From: Candidatus Binatia bacterium
GTDB taxonomy: Bacteria > Desulfobacterota > Binatia > Bin18
Direction of reading: 5' to 3'
DNA length: 64,000 nt
Assembly: GCA_963666315.2 (NCBI GenBank)
Contig: CAXXHG010000014.1
Location: 32,001 to 96,000, forward strand
Under the pieces are notes generated by a model. It did not search any database, had not been told where the DNA came from, and saw only the letters and a list, made by a program, of their open reading frames with translations. Of the stretch, positions 60,994-64,000 are shown in pieces. Position 1 is the first letter of the stretch, and every line of letters begins with the position of its first letter. Position numbers and translations under genes: made by a program.

Positions 60994-62088
60994 ATGCCAA
61001 AGTATCGTCGGGGCTGTGGCAGTGTCTATACGAAGCGCGGCTGGTGCTACATCAAATATCATGTGAATCGCGAACCCGTCACGGAATCAACAGGCACAAA
61101 GGACAAGGCAGAAGCCCGGCGCCTCCTACAGGTCCGCCTTGGTCAGGTGGCGGAAGGCCGCTTTGTCGGGCTAACGGCTGAAAGACTTACGTTTGAGGAC
61201 TTGGCCAAGGGTCTGTTGGACGACTACCGGGCTAACGACAGGAAGACTGTCTCATGGGTCGAGCGCCGTATTCACTTACACTTGGCTCCGTTCTTTCGTG
61301 GCCGAAAGGCCAAAGAAATCGCCACCCCAACCGTCACGGAGTACATTGCACGACGCCAACACGCTGGCGCGAAGAATGGCACTATCAATCTTGAACTTGC
61401 CGCCCTCAAGCGCATGTTCAGCTTAGCCGTCCAGGCCGACTATCTCGCCAAACGGCCCTACATTCCCCACCTACTGGAGAACAATGTCAGGCAGGGGTTC
61501 TTTGAGCAGCAGGAGTTTAACGCGGTTTTGGCGCATCTCCCGATGTATCTGCGACCAGTGATGACCTTAGCCTACCAGTTGGGCTGGCGTGCAAGGAGCG
61601 AAATTTTACCCCTTACCTGGGAACAGATAGATATCCAACTTGGCGCTGTGAGGTTGGAAGTCGGCAGCACCAAGAACAGAGACGGGCGCTTGATTTACTT
61701 GCCCCAATACTCGCGCAGTGTCATTGAAGACCAGTGGCGTCAGCATCAGGACTTGCATCCAGAATGCCCCTATGTCTTCCAGCGCGACGGCAACCGAATT
61801 CGTGCCTACCAACGGGCCTGGACCAAAGCGCGCCGTGAGACAGGTCTTTTAGGCAAGGTTCCCCATGACTTCGGACGGACGGCGGTGAGAAATATGGTAC
61901 GAGCAGGAATCCCTGAACGGGTGGCGATGCAGATATCCGGCCACAAGACACGGGCCATTTTTGATCGCTATCACGTCGTGTCTGACCAGGACCTAAAGGA
62001 GGCTGCGCAGAGGCTGGATCGAATGATGATCGAACCAACAGCTACCACTTTAGCTACCATCGTGCACAGCGAGCAGCTAACGCATTGA
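60994..62088 (+). CDS. Tyrosine recombinase/integrase
   Basis: GWR, TKN, HDFGRT (HxxR Arg replaced), SGHKT and DRY; N-terminal arm-binding region. Confidence 0.93.
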   Translation: MPKYRRGCGSVYTKRGWCYIKYHVNREPVTESTGTKDKAEARRLLQVRLGQVAEGRFVGLTAERLTFEDLAKGLLDDYRANDRKTVSWVERRIHLHLAPFFRGRKAKEIATPTVTEYIARRQHAGAKNGTINLELAALKRMFSLAVQADYLAKRPYIPHLLENNVRQGFFEQQEFNAVLAHLPMYLRPVMTLAYQLGWRARSEILPLTWEQIDIQLGAVRLEVGSTKNRDGRLIYLPQYSRSVIEDQWRQHQDLHPECPYVFQRDGNRIRAYQRAWTKARRETGLLGKVPHDFGRTAVRNMVRAGIPERVAMQISGHKTRAIFDRYHVVSDQDLKEAAQRLDRMMIEPTATTLATIVHSEQLTH

Positions 62089-62112
62089 TTTTATGAAAGT
62101 CTGATCCGGCGT

Positions 62113-62130
62113 TCACGGTACAAACGATAC
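62113..62130. repeat. att core, right copy
   Basis: Identical to 44183-44200. Confidence 0.9.
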
Positions 62131-63312
62131 CTTGACCGCTCCCGAAGTCTTCTTACTCGCCGCTTCGGTCAACGCCTGCCGATACTGCTCAAGCGGATAT
62201 TTGCGAGGCCGGATCACCCTTAAATCTGCCCGCCGACGAGCAATCAAATCAACCGCTCGGACAAATGTATCCTGCCGTTTGCCCCGAAACATCTCAGCTC
62301 CATACGTCAGACTCCCAACAATGGAAATTTCTTTCATCCAAGTTGGGGTCCAATCCACGCCTTCCGGCATAGCGGCTAAACCGAGAGCGATAACACGCCC
62401 TTTGCCTTGCACCATACGAAGCGCCTGATTCAAGGTCACTGAGTTGGTGATGGTATCGTACACGAGCCGGACACCGCCAGCTAAGACCGCACCCCCGCTT
62501 GAGAGCGGGTAGACTTTGGTTTGCGCTAGGTCGCCAACCTGCGCCATGACATCATGCTTTTGGGCATCGATAGTGTGACCAGCACCAAGTCTGCGCGCGA
62601 GCCTGGCCTGAAACGGATACTTGGCCACGCATGCCACCCGACACGACGGCTCAACGGCTTTGAGCGCGGCGATATTCATGAGGCCGATAGTCCCAGCACC
62701 GATGACAACGACGAGCTCGTTACGCCGAGGTAGGTTATTCAGGACAGCACGGAGACACACAGCAAAGGGTTCAATGAGAGAGGCCTCGTCGTCATCAATC
62801 GTATCCGGCAAGGGAGTCAGCCGATGCGCAGGAGCAACAAAGTATTCCCCCCAGCCCCCGCCAGTGTCGGGACAGATGCCGATTAACAGTCCAGGGCGGA
62901 GCGTGCCCTCAGCAATATGTTCGCAGATTCCCGGATTGCCGTTGCGACATTGGAGGCAGAGTTTTCGAAAGCCACGCTCACGGCAGCCGAGCGTGGGGTC
63001 GATGGTCACCCGCTGGCCGACATAGAGCCCGTGCACGCGCTTCCCGACTGCCTCTACCTCTCCGAACAACTCATGCCCAGGAGTCATAGGCAGCTCGAAA
63101 TACGGCTCTGCCGCCTGCATGGGTTTCCATTGTAGGAAGCCAAGATCGCTCCCGCAGATGCCGGAAATTTTACTCTTGACGACCACCCAACGCTCGTTCG
63201 GCAGATCCGGCGTTGGCACATCGCGCAACTGTAGATGGGATAGACCAGGCAAAAAATCAGGCGCCGGAGGGGCACCTGTGTATGGCTTGTTAGCAAAGAC
63301 GAGTGCTTTCAT
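62113..63312 (-). CDS. Zinc-dependent alcohol dehydrogenase family protein (integration target)
   Basis: GICGSD, GHE, structural-zinc Cys cluster and GAGTIG. Confidence 0.92.
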   Translation of the reverse strand: MKALVFANKPYTGAPPAPDFLPGLSHLQLRDVPTPDLPNERWVVVKSKISGICGSDLGFLQWKPMQAAEPYFELPMTPGHELFGEVEAVGKRVHGLYVGQRVTIDPTLGCRERGFRKLCLQCRNGNPGICEHIAEGTLRPGLLIGICPDTGGGWGEYFVAPAHRLTPLPDTIDDDEASLIEPFAVCLRAVLNNLPRRNELVVVIGAGTIGLMNIAALKAVEPSCRVACVAKYPFQARLARRLGAGHTIDAQKHDVMAQVGDLAQTKVYPLSSGGAVLAGGVRLVYDTITNSVTLNQALRMVQGKGRVIALGLAAMPEGVDWTPTWMKEISIVGSLTYGAEMFRGKRQDTFVRAVDLIARRRADLRVIRPRKYPLEQYRQALTEAASKKTSGAVKVSFVP

Positions 63313-63317
63313 ACGTT

Positions 63318-63989
63318 CTACACTGTCTGCAAAAGCTGGCAGATCGCGTCAGTCTTCCGTACTCGGCCAAAGGCCAGGCTAAACGCTTGGAGGGCGGAAC
63401 GATGCAGGTCCGGGCTAAAAGCGCTACACCCATCTTCAGCAATAATGACCTGAAATCCACGGTCAGCCGCATCCCGTGCGGTGGTTTCCACACATACGTC
63501 GGTAGTCACGCCACTGACGATCAACGAGTCGATACCCATATTGCGCAGGGTTTGGTCGAGCATCGTAGAATTGAACGCCCCACTCGACGTTTTGTTAATC
63601 ACCAGTTCATCCGGAAGAGGGGCCAGGCTCTCATCGATCTGCCAGCTTTCCTCATCCACGGTCGGGAACATGCGGTGGCCCAGAACGTCTACGCTGAGCT
63701 GATCGAGCGCTTTCCATATCGCATTGAGATCCTGTCCGTCTTTGAGACACGAGCCTATGGCCGTGTATATGATAGGCAGCTTTTGTGCCCGGAAGCATTC
63801 CTGAAGTCGTTTGATATTTGGGATAACGGTTGCATTCACTCGCTCGCAATAGCCTGTCGTTACACCTGGAACAAGTTTCTCAAACGTCTGCATCAATGGA
63901 TAATGCGGGCTCACAAAATAGCGCTGCATATCAATAACCAGCAACGCAGTCTTGGACGGGTCCAGCGTGATTGGTACCTGGTCTTTCAA
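63318..63989 (-). CDS. Isochorismatase-family cysteine hydrolase
   Basis: IDMQ, NK..SGAF and GVTTDVCVETTARDA. Confidence 0.92.
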   Translation of the reverse strand: MKDQVPITLDPSKTALLVIDMQRYFVSPHYPLMQTFEKLVPGVTTGYCERVNATVIPNIKRLQECFRAQKLPIIYTAIGSCLKDGQDLNAIWKALDQLSVDVLGHRMFPTVDEESWQIDESLAPLPDELVINKTSSGAFNSTMLDQTLRNMGIDSLIVSGVTTDVCVETTARDAADRGFQVIIAEDGCSAFSPDLHRSALQAFSLAFGRVRKTDAICQLLQTV

Positions 63990-64000
63990 TCGGATAATCT

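Larger units (their letters stand above)
44177..62130. mobile_element. ~18-kb integrated element (satellite/IME-like genomic island)
   Basis: Exact direct repeat TCACGGTACAAACGATAC at 44183-44200 and 62113-62130 (24 bp with 1 mismatch); the integrase ends 24 nt from the right copy. Confidence 0.88.

Noticed and set aside
44177-62130. Prophage or conjugative ICE
   Set aside because: No capsid, terminase large subunit, tail, relaxase or T4SS genes seen.

Overview
Bacterial chromosomal window of moderate-high GC. The many LLM/F420-type oxidoreductases, SMP-30 lactonases and quinone reductases suggest an environmental Binatota/deltaproteobacteria-like genome (inference). Many single-base frameshifts point to an imperfectly polished assembly. 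1-44 kb is mostly core and metabolic genes (pdxJ, argE, pckG, pduO, folK, lhgO, cinA/pncC, mutS2, a Hel308/Ski2-like helicase). It also holds several decayed fragments and a 1.27-kb remnant integrative element (26632-27901) bounded by 21-bp direct repeats. 44177-62130 is a ~18-kb integrated element bounded by an exact 18-bp direct repeat that duplicates the 3' end of a zinc-dependent dehydrogenase gene. Its satellite-like core is: tyrosine integrase with a mutated HxxR Arg, CGNR-zinc-finger regulator, excisionase-like HTH, CHC2 zinc finger and DUF3987 protein. It also carries an IS6, an IS6-ended 182-bp MITE, a long folded att-proximal hairpin and varied cargo. No tRNA, rRNA or CRISPR array was seen.
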